A DNA stretch of 64,000 bases. It comes from the human T2T-CHM13v2.0 reference genome, Homo sapiens. Below the pieces are notes generated by a model, which was given only the letters and a program-made list of their open reading frames with translations, searched no databases and had not been told where the DNA came from. Location of the stretch: assembly GCF_009914755.1 (NCBI RefSeq), contig NC_060936.1; one strand, 5' to 3'. The position numbers were made by a program, and so were the translations under genes. This document shows positions 1-20,203 of the stretch, one piece after another (the stretch's first letter is position 1; every line of letters starts with the position of its first letter).

Positions 1-110
1 AGAGGTTATTAGCCCATTTTCCAAATGAGAATACAGACCTAGATAGGTAAATAATGCATCCAGAGTCATAAACTATTATTTGAATCCAGGGCTGATTATC
101 CTTTTAAAAA

Positions 111-118
<8 letters not shown>

Positions 119-162
<44 letters not shown>
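119..162. repeat. (TA)n microsatellite after an A-run
   Basis: Direct reading. Confidence 0.95.
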
Positions 163-167
<5 letters not shown>

Positions 168-509
168 GAGACAGGGTCTTGCTACATTGCCCATGCTGGT
201 CTCAAATTTCTGGCCTCAAGTAATTACCTCTTTTTATTTTTATTTATTTATTTTTGAGACAAAATCTCACTCTGCCGCCCACCTGGAGTGCAGTGGCACG
301 ATCTTGGCTCACTGCAACCTCTGCCTCCTGGGTTCAAGCAATCCACCTGTCTCAGTCTCCCAAAGTGTTGAGATTACAGGCATGAGCCACCATGCCTGTC
401 CAGGTGATTACCTCTTAAACCTGTGCTTTCAATTTATATTCTCTTCAAGAGCAACCATTATCTCTTAATCTACTGACAACTGGGGAGAAAAGAGAATGCA
501 TAATCATAC

Positions 510-627
510 CCAGAAACCACCCACGGTTCTGCATGCTGATCAGAGATATTGAAAAGGCGGCATCCAAGGTTCTCAACATCCTCTAGCCGCCCTTCTCGTG
601 CCAGTAGGTAGCCATATACATCCATTC
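510..627 (-). CDS. ANAPC7: ANAPC7 (APC/C subunit 7, TPR protein) exon 7
   Basis: Encodes (G)MDVYGYLLAREGRLEDVENLGCRLFNISDQHAEPWVVSG; AG at 629-628, GT(ATG) at 509-508; 118 nt, phase consistent with exon 6. Confidence 0.95.
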
Positions 628-824
628 CTAGAAGAGAAGGACATAGTGAGAAGAGGTGTTTTAAGAAGAGAAGCAGGGGTCCCACATACAGGAGTAGCAC
701 CCAACATCAGACCCCATGCTGAGGCCCCAGCTCCTGCAGGGGCTAAGCCCTTTCCACCATCACAGGCTCCTCCAACTACTATTTCCAGTTTCCTACAAAG
801 TGACTATTAAAATGCAAAACCCAG

Positions 825-2945
<2,121 letters not shown>

Positions 2946-3993
2946 AAAAAATCACTGCCTCTCCGCAGCCCCCGCTTTATTCTCACCCACATTCTATAAA
3001 AAGGGACCTATGCTCACTGTTACCCATCTCTTGCCACCATTCTCTTCCATCCCTTGCTATCCCTTCAGATTCCCATGAAAATTCCTCTCAAGCCAAGATT
3101 ACTGCAATGCTCCTGCTAGCCCCTGGGCCTGGGTCTGAGATTCCAAGCTGCCATTGCCATTCCAAGCTGCCAGCTGTTGCCAGACTAGTATTTCTAAAAC
3201 ATCATTTTCATCATGGGTGCAGGCAGCTTGGAGAAGAGGAATAAGCACTTGAGGTGAGGGGAGATCTTGTGCAAACAAATCCATCCTTCTAGATCTGCTT
3301 CCTCATCTAAACGCTTGGGATGGCCCCTTCCCAGCTCCATCATTCCCCTGGCTTAAGAGCTCATAAGACTGTTTATTGTCACAAGGCCCTGTTTTTCTGA
3401 TGGCCTTTTTTGGACCTTTACAAATAGACAGCATATCTATCTGACCTTATTTCCCACTATTCCTGAGAACTCACTGCCAGTGTCCTAACTGCCATCTGTT
3501 GGAGGTCCCTGTGAAGATTACCCTTCACCTGCAATCTTTTTCAAGATCAGTGATTTTTCTGTTGTTCACGCCTAATTACTGCCTTTAATCACCTTATCCC
3601 TTTCTTATTCCTTTTTAATTATACTAAGGACATGGCAAAACAAAATTCCCTAAAAGGATATTATGGTTTTAGGGATGCCATCCAAATTCTCAGTCAGGCA
3701 CACCATAAATTTATAAGTCATAAGGAGGAGCTATGACCCCCTCAAAAGAAAAAAAGCCAAATAATGATCTGTGGGGAGAAGACACTTGAATTCAAGCAAA
3801 AACAGCTGCTCAAATGGTATTACCTAAGCGTTAGAGACATGTGTCATGACCTAAAAAAAGTAAAAGACTAGTATAAGTTTTATACACCATTTCTATGAAA
3901 CTTGGTATCGAGTATTAATGCTGCATATTCTCCCTATTATCTCTGATCCCCCCCAACAACAGCCACTGTCTTCCTGCCCCAAGAATTACTTAC

Positions 3994-4136
3994 CTTTTAT
4001 CAGATAAGGATCCAACATCTGTGCCTGTTCAAACTTGAGGACAGAGTTTTTATTGTCTCCAGCTCTGAAGTACAGATCTGCCAAGCTTCCCAATAGGTCC
4101 ACGTTATCTCGCAATAAGGATTTTTTCTCTAGTGAA
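3994..4136 (-). CDS. ANAPC7: ANAPC7 exon 6
   Basis: Encodes (C)SLEKKSLLRDNVDLLGSLADLYFRAGDNKNSVLKFEQAQMLDPYLIK(G); AAG acceptor 4138-4137, GTAAGT donor; 143 nt, phase 2 to 1. Confidence 0.93.
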
Positions 4137-4538
4137 CTTTAAGATATTTATTAAACATTGAACCTTTAAATCTATTATAAATCCTCTTAGTTGCTGAATC
4201 TGGATGATTGGTCATACAGATACTATTTTCTTTTGCATAAATATAAAATTCTTCGTAATAAAAAACTTTAAGCTTATGACTTTAAAAAAAGTTATATAGG
4301 ACAGGATAGCAAAAACAAAGAATAAAGCAGAAGTCTCTCAGTACCAACAAATAACTCTGTGGTTGCAGTTCTTCAGAACACAACATACGCTACATGGTGT
4401 TAAAGGTAATGTCATTCACAAGTGACACCTATTTATTACTCAAGTAAACGACTTTGCATAACACAAGCCCAAGTCTCTTCTTGTCCTTGAACTTTATCTG
4501 AATATAAAGAAAATCCCTAGTCCTAAGCAGGCAAGCTA

Positions 4539-4748
<210 letters not shown>

Positions 4749-4881
4749 TTAGCTGGGTGTGGTGGCATGCGCCTGTAGTCCCAGATACTCAGGAGGCTGA
4801 GCAGGAGGATGGTTTGAGCCCGGGAGATTGACAGGTCAAGGCTACACTGAGCTGTGACTGCGCCACTGCACTCTAGCCTGG

Positions 4882-4913
<32 letters not shown>

Positions 4914-4914
4914 C

Positions 4915-4983
<69 letters not shown>

Positions 4984-4998
4984 CAGAGAGAGAGAGAG

Positions 4999-5090
<92 letters not shown>
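4882..5090 (+). repeat. ~210-bp (GA)n/(GACA) polypurine tract inside an Alu right arm
   Basis: Sits between CCTGG and ACC...TTGTCTC-A tail of the Alu. Confidence 0.95.
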
Positions 5091-5096
<6 letters not shown>

Positions 5097-5397
5097 CTTG
5101 TCTCAAAAAAAAAAAAAAAAATGACACACCAAGGTAGCCTGCTTTGCTTTGCAAGGGTTACTACCTGTGCAGGCACAGAGCTAAACTCAGTCAGATTTCT
5201 ATTTTTACAGGTCTCCAACAGAGATGATTACATGATTACATTTGGGACCATTCAGTATAAAAGACTAACACATCCCAGAGACTGGCTGCAGCACCAACAG
5301 CAAAGCATCTCATTTTTCTTTTTGCTACTTCAGATACATCAGACTTCCAGACAAGCAAAGGGCCTCAAGAACACTGAATTAACTTTGTGGCTCTCAC

Positions 5398-5551
5398 CAG
5401 ATGGTACTGATTGCTCTTGAGTTGTCACCAGTGTGCACAAAAGCATACGCTTTGATCCACACAGAGAGCCAGTCCAAGTTAGGCACGGTTTGGATCACAT
5501 TCATTGTCATGGATGCCACCTCTGCCCCTTTTACAGAAAGGGACAACAAGC
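5398..5551 (-). CDS. ANAPC7: ANAPC7 exon 5
   Basis: (G)LLSLSVKGAEVASMTMNVIQTVPNLDWLSVWIKAYAFVHTGDNSRAISTI(C); TAG acceptor, GTGAGA donor; 154 nt. Confidence 0.95.
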
Positions 5552-5677
5552 CTAAACCAACAGAAAGCAGAAGAAAGAAAGTAAGGCACGATATCTCTCT
5601 TCCACATGCAAGGAGCAACGGGCTACATCTTCCCTTGGCTAAAAGGCAACTGCTTCCCTATTCTGAGCGATGCATGA

Positions 5678-5962
<285 letters not shown>

Positions 5963-6170
5963 TAGAATTACAGGTGTAAGCCACCATGCCCGGCCAAAAA
6001 CCATAATTAAGTATTTCTTGATTGAATATGTGACAACAGGAATCCTACTAAATCACTCTCTTCAGGGGAACTTTTAAAAAAAATAAAGTTATTCTAATGT
6101 ACAGGCAAGATTGAGAACTACTATCTTTGACAGTAAACATGCCATGAAAACAGGCAGGAAATATCTCTAC

Positions 6171-6282
6171 CTAGAATGGCATCAAGGGCTAATGGGCACT
6201 GCCTCAGCACCTCCTTATAGCTGGTGACTGAAGGGCGCTCCTGACCAGCCTTCTTGTACAGGTTTGCCAGCATCATGTTTAT
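6171..6282 (-). CDS. ANAPC7: ANAPC7 exon 4
   Basis: INMMLANLYKKAGQERPSVTSYKEVLRQCPLALDAIL(G); CAG acceptor, GTAGAG donor; 112 nt. Confidence 0.95.
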
Positions 6283-6520
6283 CTGTACAAACACAAATAA
6301 CAGATAGCAAAATAAGCGTATATTGCAAAGAAAATCTCTCACCATGAAAAAGTCCTAATTTTCATTACCAGTTATTTACTTTTTACTGGAAAATCTACCC
6401 ACAACCCTGTGCAAATAAAGGCAGACTGACCCCATTCTTCAAAAGAAAGAAGAAATTGGCCAGGTGCAGTGGCTCACGCCTGTAATCCCAGCACTTTGGG
6501 AGGCCGAGGTGGGTGGATCA

Positions 6521-6809
<289 letters not shown>

Positions 6810-7371
6810 CTAAGAGGAAAGTCACATTACCTTCCCACAAGGCCCAGTAATATCTGAACAAAAGACGCTGCCCTCTGGAAACTGGAATAACATTCATTTA
6901 AGAAATGGTAGAGAACGCTAGTTAACTTGATTCTTTCTTGATCTTAAAACAGAAGATGAACTATCTCACATAAGAAAGTGAGAAACTCTTGACATAGCTA
7001 GTTAAGAAGGATCAGCTCAGTTTTTCCTAATAAGGAAATGATACAGAAAGACAGATAAAGAAGTATAATACTTGGCTTTTCTTTGACAATTCGACTTGTG
7101 GCTAGACTCTAGCCTTTCTAACACTTAAGGCTTTGGCCCGTAGGTACTAACTCACTAAAGTAATGCTACAAAAATCAGCTACACTATTTAAATCCAGTGA
7201 GTGCAGACAGCTGCATTTTAGCGTAATTTAAATATGTAACTTTGTAAAGCTAAATTAAAATAATCCTACCTAACATGCAACTGGGAAATGAGAAAATCTA
7301 AAAGTTCTGGCCGGGCGCAGTGGCTCATGCCTGTAATCCCAGCACTTTGGGAGGCCGAGGTGGGTGGATCA

Positions 7372-7638
<267 letters not shown>

Positions 7639-7746
7639 CTAAAAGTTCCTAAGAATGTAGAAGTTATAGGCAAGTGATAAAAGACCTTCCTAATAGTACA
7701 CAGATAAACACAATATTCCAATTTAAAATTAGATTTTTTTTTTTGA

Positions 7747-7851
<105 letters not shown>

Positions 7852-8587
7852 TGAGTAGCTGGGATTACAGGCACCCGCCACCACGCCCAGCTAATTTTTT
7901 TTTTGTATTTTTAGTAGAGATGGTGTTTCACCATGTTGGCCAGGCTGGTCTTGAACTCCTGACCTCAGGTGATCCAACCACCTCGGCCTCCCAAAGTGCT
8001 GGGATTACAGGCGTGAGCCACCGTGTCTGGCAAAATTAGTAGATTTTAAACACAACAGTATTTGCTAGATCATTAACCTAAGGAAGCAGTCAATGTGAGG
8101 GCACAAAAGAAAAAAGGTCAACCCCCAATCTCTTCGATTTAACTGTGGCTTGGTATGCCAGATATTTATAGAAAGAGTGGCTCTAAAGATAAAGAACATC
8201 TGTTCCAATTATAGACCTACATTATATAAAACAATCTAATATAGCATTGATTCACACTAATTCAAACAATGGAATAATGAAATACTAAAAATAAAACTAT
8301 TTTTTACTTGGCCTCAGATTTTCCATATTAGGCTACTATTTTGAAAATGCAAAGAAAAATACTTAAAAGGAAAACTCCAGGATTGATGTCAATACTTGTA
8401 AAGAATAAAAAGTTAAATTTAAGATCCTTTCTTGACTGCTGGTTATATTAACAAACTATGACTGATGGACTATCTTTCTCAACAAATATCAAAATTTCCT
8501 TTAAGCTACTTGACTGTCACTTTAAAAGAATGAGTTTTGAGTAATACCTAATGAAAAAGTCAATTATTGGCCGGGCGCAGTGGTTCA

Positions 8588-8872
<285 letters not shown>

Positions 8873-9437
8873 CTATTTTAAAAATAGATCCTCACTTAAA
8901 AACATCATAAAGCCACATTCCACCAGTTATAAACACAAGCAGTCATCATTTTCTAAAAACTGAGTAAGAAATTCTATGTTGGTATGTTTACTCTTAAAAG
9001 GTGAAGATTTACCAAGATTTAATAATCTAACACTGGAATTTTCCTTTAAAATGTGAGGGAATATGTGGCGATGTTTACCATATATTAACAGACATTCATT
9101 TAGACACATTTTGACTCACTTCCTTGTCCTTTACATAGACTGAGAAGCCAGTTAACTCCCTAACAGACAAGAAAGAAAAACTGTAAATGTTATAGGTTTA
9201 TGTTTGAGGCACACATCTTTGCTCCTAGCTGTAAGAGCACTACAGAATGAAGGATATGTACTGCTGACAAATGCAGACTCATACAGGTGCTCTAAGAATG
9301 ATGGCAATGAAAATCAAGCAGTGGATGCTATAAAGCTGAGATGCTTTAACATTACTATTTTCAAAAAAAAGTCCTACAAATATCCACAGGTCATTATGAA
9401 GGAGATTATGGTATATTTCTAATAAAGTAAGGAATAG

Positions 9438-9821
<384 letters not shown>

Positions 9822-10472
9822 TCATCTGTGCAACAAGATTATTCTTGGAGTAAGAGAAGACTTTCATAGGTTACCAGAACAGGATTTAGTATACAGCATC
9901 CAGGCTTATGATGAGAGAGGTTAATTCATAATAAACTTTCAAGTGTTTTTAATAGCAGCCACCATCATACTGAAGAAATAGCTTCAAAAACTCAGAAAAT
10001 AGTAAATAATACCTTAATATGAGGAGGTGCTTAAACATGTTCTCATCAAGTTTGGTTACTTTTAAAGTTCAGCAAGACTTGGATGAAGCAGCACTAACTA
10101 AAATACACCAGGCCCCTACTGCTTAGATTTCGTATCTTTTAAAGGCAGGAGGATGCACCTGTCATTTTACCTATAAAATTCCTTATTGTTAAGCACAAGT
10201 TGCACAAAACAGTTTTTCAATAAAATGAGCAAGGCAGGAGACATGACAGTATTATTAGAATATTAAATACTGATATATTCTCACATTCATGAATTTATTT
10301 GGTATTTATAAAAGTAACAGAAAAAATACTATTCTTCTCATTTTATAAATAAAAAAGTAGTAAAGCTCACAAATTGGTAACTTGCCCAAGTTCACACTGC
10401 ACACAGCTTGTATGCACCTAAACTCAAACTAGACACCAGATCTTTTTTTGTTTGTTTTTTTGTTTTTTTTGA

Positions 10473-10837
<365 letters not shown>

Positions 10838-11014
10838 TAAATAAGGATAAAAGAATCTTACAGTATTAATTTTCAAAACAAAGGAATAAAACCACCCCCA
10901 TTACCAAATGTGTACACCTATGGAAGGCAAAAAATGAAGTTCTAAAAAAGTATTTTTGCCACCTGGAAGTGTTTTGCAAATAAATCATTATTTCCTATAA
11001 TAAGAAATATCAAA

Positions 11015-11100
11015 GTCTTCTCTGCCTATGGAGTAGCCATTCTTTATTCCTTTATTTTATTAATAAACTCACTTTCACTTAAAAACAAAAACAAACACAA
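11015..11100 (+). mobile_element. Short MER41-like LTR R-region fragment followed by an A-rich tail
   Basis: CTGCCTATGGAGTAGCCATTCTTTATTCCTTTA...AATAAACTCACTTTCACTT then AAAAACAAAAACAAAC. Confidence 0.65.
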
Positions 11101-11152
11101 GGAGGCCAGGTGCAGTGGCTCCTGCCTGTAATCCCAGCAATTTGGGAGGCTA

Positions 11153-11578
<426 letters not shown>

Positions 11579-11667
11579 CTAGCACTTTGGGAGGCCGTGG
11601 CAGGCGAATCACAAAGTCAGGAGTTCGAGACCAGCCTGGCCAACATGGTGAAACACCATCTCTACTA

Positions 11668-12072
<405 letters not shown>

Positions 12073-12123
12073 TCAGGAGTTCAAGACCAGCCTGGCCAAC
12101 ATGGCAAAACCCCATCTCTACTA

Positions 12124-12359
<236 letters not shown>

Positions 12360-12761
12360 AGCTGGGTGTGGCAGCATGCAACTGTAATCCCAGCTATTTG
12401 GGAGGCTGAGGTGGGAGGATTGCTTAAGCCTGGGAGGTTGAAGCTGCAGTGAGCCAGGATCACAACACTGTACTGTAGCCTGGGTGACAGTGAGACTCTG
12501 TCTCAAAAAATATTAAATTAAGTTAAACATAAAAAATAAAAAAGAAAAAACAAAGAATAAGCATGTGTAGTATTCTCCAGCTATCATTTTCATCAGCTGG
12601 ATTTTCAGGGTCCCCCACCCCCACTCCATGAAGAGGAAGAAAATGAGAATTAGAATCATGGGTAAAATGTTCACACGGACTCCTTAATGCATGAGAAAAC
12701 ATGGAGAGAGGGAGCAGGGTTAGGAGAGCTGAGGAGAAAAACACATAAACATTCAACTTAC

Positions 12762-12881
12762 TTTGGGAGTTCTTTGTCTTGAAGGGATCCCATCAAGTAT
12801 AGCAATGGCATCTTTATCTTGTTTTAGCATTGTATAACATTCAGCCATTTTGTATTTCACTTCAATTTCAGATGGAAGACA
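12762..12881 (-). CDS. ANAPC7: ANAPC7 exon 3
   Basis: CLPSEIEVKYKMAECYTMLKQDKDAIAILDGIPSRQRTPK; TTTTAG acceptor, GTAAGT donor; 120 nt, phase 0-0. Confidence 0.95.
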
Positions 12882-13539
12882 CTAAAAGACAATGGAAATA
12901 TTTCTTTGAAACGTTATTCCAACAATATGACAGTTCTTCAAAACGTTAAACATAGAGTTATCATATGACCCAGCAATTCTTTTTTTTTTTTTTGAGACAG
13001 GGTCTCGCTCTGTTGCCCAGGCTGCAATGCAGTGGTGCAAACATGATTTACTGCAGTCTTAGACTCCTAGTCTCAAGCGATCCTCCCACCTTGGCCTTCT
13101 GAGTACTACAGGTATGTGCCACCATGCCGTTTTGTAAAGACAGGGGTCTCACTATGTTGCCAAGGCTAGTCTCAAACTCCTGACCTCAAGTCCTCCTACC
13201 TCCGCCTCTGGAAGTGCTTGGATTACAGGTGTGAGCCACTGTGCCTGGCCTCATCTTCTTTTTTTTTTTTTGAGACAGAGTCTCGTTCTGTCACCCAGGC
13301 TGGTGTCTCCTGCCTCAGCCTCCCAAGTAGCTGGGACTACAGGCATCCACCACCATGCCTGGCTAATTTTTTGTATTTTTAGTAGAGACGGCGTTTCACC
13401 GTGTTAGCCAGGATGGTTTCAATCTCCTGACCTCGTGATCCGCCCGCCTAGGCCTCCCAAAGTGCTGGGATTACAGGCGTGAGCCACTGCGCCCAGCTTC
13501 TGGCCTCATCTTCTACATCTAATCAGCTATCATCTAAAT

Positions 13540-13862
13540 CAGCGGTCCCCAACCTTTTTGGCACCAGGGGACCAGTTTCATGAAAGACAATTTTTCCACA
13601 GATGGGGGGTGAGGGGGTGGTTTCAGGATGAAACTGTTCCACCTCAGATCTTCAGGCATTAGTCAGATTATAATAAGGAACACACAACCTAGATCCTAGC
13701 ATGTGTAGTTCACAATAGGGTTTGTGTTCCTATAAGAATCTAATGCCGCAGCTGATCTGACAGGAGGCGGAGCTCAGGCAGTAATATTCACTAGCCCTCC
13801 ACCCACCTCCTGCTGTGCAGCCTGGTTCCTAACAGACCAGGCACTGGGGCCTGGGGACCCTG
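13540..13862. mobile_element. MER1B hAT-Charlie DNA transposon
   Basis: CAGCGGTCCCCAACCTTTTTGGCACCAGGG...GGGGACCCTG terminal inverted repeats; 8-bp TSD ATCTAAAT/TTCTAAAT. Confidence 0.85.
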
Positions 13863-13926
13863 TTCTAAATTCTTGGAGTCTTTCTCAAAAAAAAAAAAAA
13901 AAAATCACAATTCTATCTCCAATTAC

Positions 13927-14113
13927 CTGACTTTGTGGAGTAGATGCAGAATTTCCAGTTGAAGGTCTCACTTTTGAAGTTTTACTTAGCGCTTTCTTCT
14001 GCTGTAAAGCCATGGTATACTTACTCACAGCATTCCGATATTCCTTATCATGAAAGAGAGAATCTGCATGATACACCAAAAGCTGGTACTTCTGAGGTGG
14101 GGAGAATAACTCA
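13927..14113 (-). CDS. ANAPC7: ANAPC7 exon 2
   Basis: (P)ELFSPPQKYQLLVYHADSLFHDKEYRNAVSKYTMALQQKKALSKTSKVRPSTGNSASTPQSQ; TTTTCTAG acceptor, GTAATT donor; 187 nt. Confidence 0.95.
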
Positions 14114-14191
14114 CTAGAAAACAAGAGAAAATGTAATACATCTTTTCCTCCCTTTCAATCCAAGCTCCCCCAGCTTCTTTTTTTTTTTTGA

Positions 14192-14355
<164 letters not shown>

Positions 14356-15396
14356 TAGTAGACATGGGGTTTCGCCATGTTAGCCAGGCTGGTCTCAAAC
14401 TCCCGACCTCAAGTGATCTACCTGCGTCGGCCTCCCAAAGTGCTGGGATTACAGGCGTGAGCCATCATGCCTGGCCACCAGGCCCTTTTAACAGTCTGAG
14501 ATATATCTATCCATATTCTCATATTAAGATGAAGTACAGAGAAACCTCACCACTTTGAATCCTTTTTAAAAACAGGCTGCACAGGCTGGGTGCGGTGGCT
14601 TACGCCTGTAATCCCAGCACTTTGGGAGGCTGAGGGGGGCGGATCTCGAGGTCAGGAGATCGAGACCATCCTGGCTAACGCGGTGAAACCCCATCTCTAC
14701 TAAAAAATACAAAAAATTAGCCAGGCGTGGTGGCAGGCGCCTGTAGTCCCAGCTACTTGGGAGGCTGAAGCAGGAGACTGGCATGAACCCAGGAGGCCTG
14801 TAGTGAGCCGAGATCATGCCACTGCACTCCAGCCTGGGCGACAGAGCCAGACTCCGTCTCAACAACAACAAAAAAAAACCAATGCACAAAAAGAAGTTTG
14901 AAAAAACCTGAAAGCTCTTCAAATACTAAAGAAAGGCCAGGCGCGGTGGCTCACGCCTGTAACCCCACCACTTTGGGAGGCTGAGGCGGGCAGATCACAA
15001 GATCACAAGATCGAGATCATCCTGGCCAACACGGTGGAACCCCAGCTCTACTAAAAATACAAAAATTAGCTGGGAGTGGTGGCAGGCGCCTGTAGTCCCA
15101 GCTACTCGGGAAGCTGAGGCAGGAGAATTGCTTTAACCTAGGAGGTGGAGGTTATAGTAAGCCGAGATCGCGCCACTGCACTCGCACTCCAGCCTGGCGA
15201 CAGAGCGAGATCTCGTCTCAAAAAAAAAAAAAAACACTAAAAACTAAAGAAAATGCCACTATAAAAGGAGAATGGGGGGCTGGGCGTGGTGGCTCATGCC
15301 TGTAATCCCAGCACTTTGGGACACCAAGGCAGGCGGATCACCTGAGGTCAGGAGTTTAAGACTAGCCTAACCAACATGGTGAAACCGTCTCTACTA

Positions 15397-15618
<222 letters not shown>

Positions 15619-15636
15619 TTATTTAGGCTGAGCTCA

Positions 15637-16179
<543 letters not shown>

Positions 16180-16676
16180 TTAACCTTGAGTATTACAGTC
16201 AAGAATTATAACTGCCTAGAAGTTGACCACCATTCCTAATGAGGAACTCATATTTTCAACCTCCAATTCCACTCCTTCCCAAATAAGAGGAAGAAGTTTA
16301 CTGTTTTTCTTTGACAAGTAAAAGCTACAGCAGGCCGGGGCATGGTGGCTCATGCCTGTTGTAATCCCAGCACTTTGTGAGGCCAAGGTGGGTGGATCAC
16401 CTAAGTTCAGGACCTGACCAACATGGAGAAACCCTGTCTCTACTAAAAATACAAAATTAGCCTGGCGTGGTGGCACATGCCTGTAATCCCAGCTATTCGG
16501 GAGGCTGAGGCAGGAGAATCACTTGAATCTGGGAGGCAGAGGTTGCGGTGAGCCAAGATAGTGTGCCATTGCACTCCAGCCTGGGCAACAAGAGCCAAAC
16601 TCCATCTCCAAAAACAAAAACAAAAACAAGAAAAACAAAGTTATAGTTGCTTATATGAAAGAACAGAGTGAGCTGA

Positions 16677-16961
<285 letters not shown>

Positions 16962-17341
16962 TGAGCCACTGCGCCCAGCCGAGTCGAATAATTCTGTAGA
17001 TAGTTAATTTCTCAACAAGCTAGGCACAGTGGCTCACACCTGTAATCCCAACACTTTGGGAGGTTGAGGTGGGAAGACTGCTTGAGCCTAGAGTCTGATC
17101 AACATAGTGAGATCTTGTCTCTTAAAAAAAAAAAAAAATAGGCATCATACATTAGTGTTTGCGGGAGGAAGGGACAATTGGAGAGTGATTACTAATAGAC
17201 ACGGTTTCTTTTTGTTGGGATAATGAAAACCTTCTGGAGTTAGATCATGGTGATGATCATACAATTTTGTAAATACACTAAAACCCACAGAATTGCATTA
17301 TTGTGGCCATGTGCGGTGGCTTATGCCTATAATCCTAGCTA

Positions 17342-17539
<198 letters not shown>

Positions 17540-17547
17540 TGAGGTCA

Positions 17548-17790
<243 letters not shown>

Positions 17791-19692
17791 CTAGATGACT
17801 TAAGTTCTCTTCAAACTCTGTGATTCTATGTATGTAGTGAGAAATAACCATTTGATGCTTAGATACAAAAGTATTATTACATCCACAGAAAGCATTCAGA
17901 TATGCATATAAGATACATGTCTACTTACACATGCATTAAGTTATCTCTGTAATGACACACGAAAAAATAGTTATTGCCTCTGGAGAAAGGAAATGTTGGG
18001 GTGAGGTTCAAGACTCAGGTAAAGATACTGATCTGCATGCCCCTTCTCCACTGTTTGAATTTAACAGTGTCTATTCCTATTCCACAAGAAATTTTAAAGT
18101 ATAAATCATGAAGGTCAGAACTTAAACATGTCCTGAAGCTAGGAAACTGCCAATCTAACCCAATATGAAAAAGCATGGGCTAAACTTCGTCTAGCCAGAG
18201 AATTAAACTGTTTCAAACTATCCTGTAACATCTTTAAGAACTAAGAGTTACTACTAGGGCCTAAATCTCCAAACGTGGAAACTGTATGCTTTGGCAAATC
18301 ACTCAGAACCAAGTGAAAGGCTCCAGCATAAACACATAAGGCTGACAGAGACCAGGGCTCCTGTCAACATGAAGTGGATGGTGGCAAAATGTGGGTCTCA
18401 CTAGTAAGGTCCAAAGCACATTAATGAGGCTGGGCTCGGTGGCTCACGCCTGCAATCCAAGCACTTTGGGAGGCCTAAGTCATGGGGATCACTTGAGGTC
18501 AGGAGTTCCAGACAAGCCTGGCCAACATGATGAAACCCCATCTCTATTAAAAAAAAAAAAAAAATTAGCTGGGCGTGGTGGTGCGAATCTGTAATCCCTG
18601 CTACTCAGGAGGCTGAGGTGGGAGGATCGATTGAGCCTGGGAGGTGGAGGCTGTAGTCAGCCGAGATCGCACCACTGCACTCCAGCCTGGGCAACAAAGC
18701 AAGACTCCGTCTGAAAAGCAAAACAAAACAAAACACCAAAGTGCACTAATGAAAATCCAATGGGCAGCAGCAGCTGCATTGTAAGCACTTAAAGGACTTT
18801 TCCCTTCTGACCTAGACCAGCTTCTACAGCAGGCCAAACACTAATACATCTACAGAGTAAAAGTTTCCATTATAACGCCATTTGGAGGTAGCAGACTGGT
18901 GGCTCAGAATGGAGACTCTCCAGTCAGAGAAGACCAGGTCCAGGCATCGTACTCCTCCATTTATTGGATGTGTGAACTTGGACAAGGGTATTTCACCTCC
19001 CTGAGGTTGTACTCACTTCCTCAACACACTCAATAAGCATGTGAGTGCTTATTGCGCACAGCCACTGCGCTTTCAATTGGTGGGTGATGCGAAGGGTAGA
19101 AAAGTGGGAGTACCCGAGAGTCCTGGGAGTCAGAGAAGGCTCTTTAGGAGAGATATCCAGGCTAAAACCTGAAGGAGGAGGCAACGCTGAGATGAGGACC
19201 GTCGCAGGAGGAACAGCAAGTACAAGGGCCCAGAGTAGAGAACACGCTTGGTGCATTCAAATAACACAAAGAGGCCAGAAGCGATGGTTCACGCCTGTAA
19301 TCCTTAAACTTTGGGAGGCCGAGGCGGCGGGATCACCAGAGGTCAGGAGTTGAAGACCAGACTGGTCGGCTGGGCGCGGTGGCTCACACCTGTAATCCCA
19401 GCACTTTGGGAGGCCGAGGCGGGCGGATCACGAGGTCAGGAGATCGAGACCATCGTGAAACCCTGTCTCTACTAAAAATACAAAAAAATTAGCTGGGTGC
19501 GGTGGCGGGCGCCTGTAGTCCCAGCTACTCGGGAGGCTGAGGCAGGATAATGGCGTGAACCCAGAAGGCGAAGCTTGCAGTGAGCCAAGATCGTGCAGAG
19601 CGAGACTCCGTCTCAAAAAAAAAAAAAAAAAAAAAAAAGACCAGACTGGTCAATATAGTGAAACTCTGTTTCTACTAAAATAACAAAAATTA

Positions 19693-19833
<141 letters not shown>

Positions 19834-19921
19834 TCAAAAAAATAAAAATAAATAAACAAATAAAAACAAATAACAGAATAGCCAGGGAGGCTAGAGAGCA
19901 GTGAACAGAGTAATGAGATGA

Positions 19922-20203
<282 letters not shown>

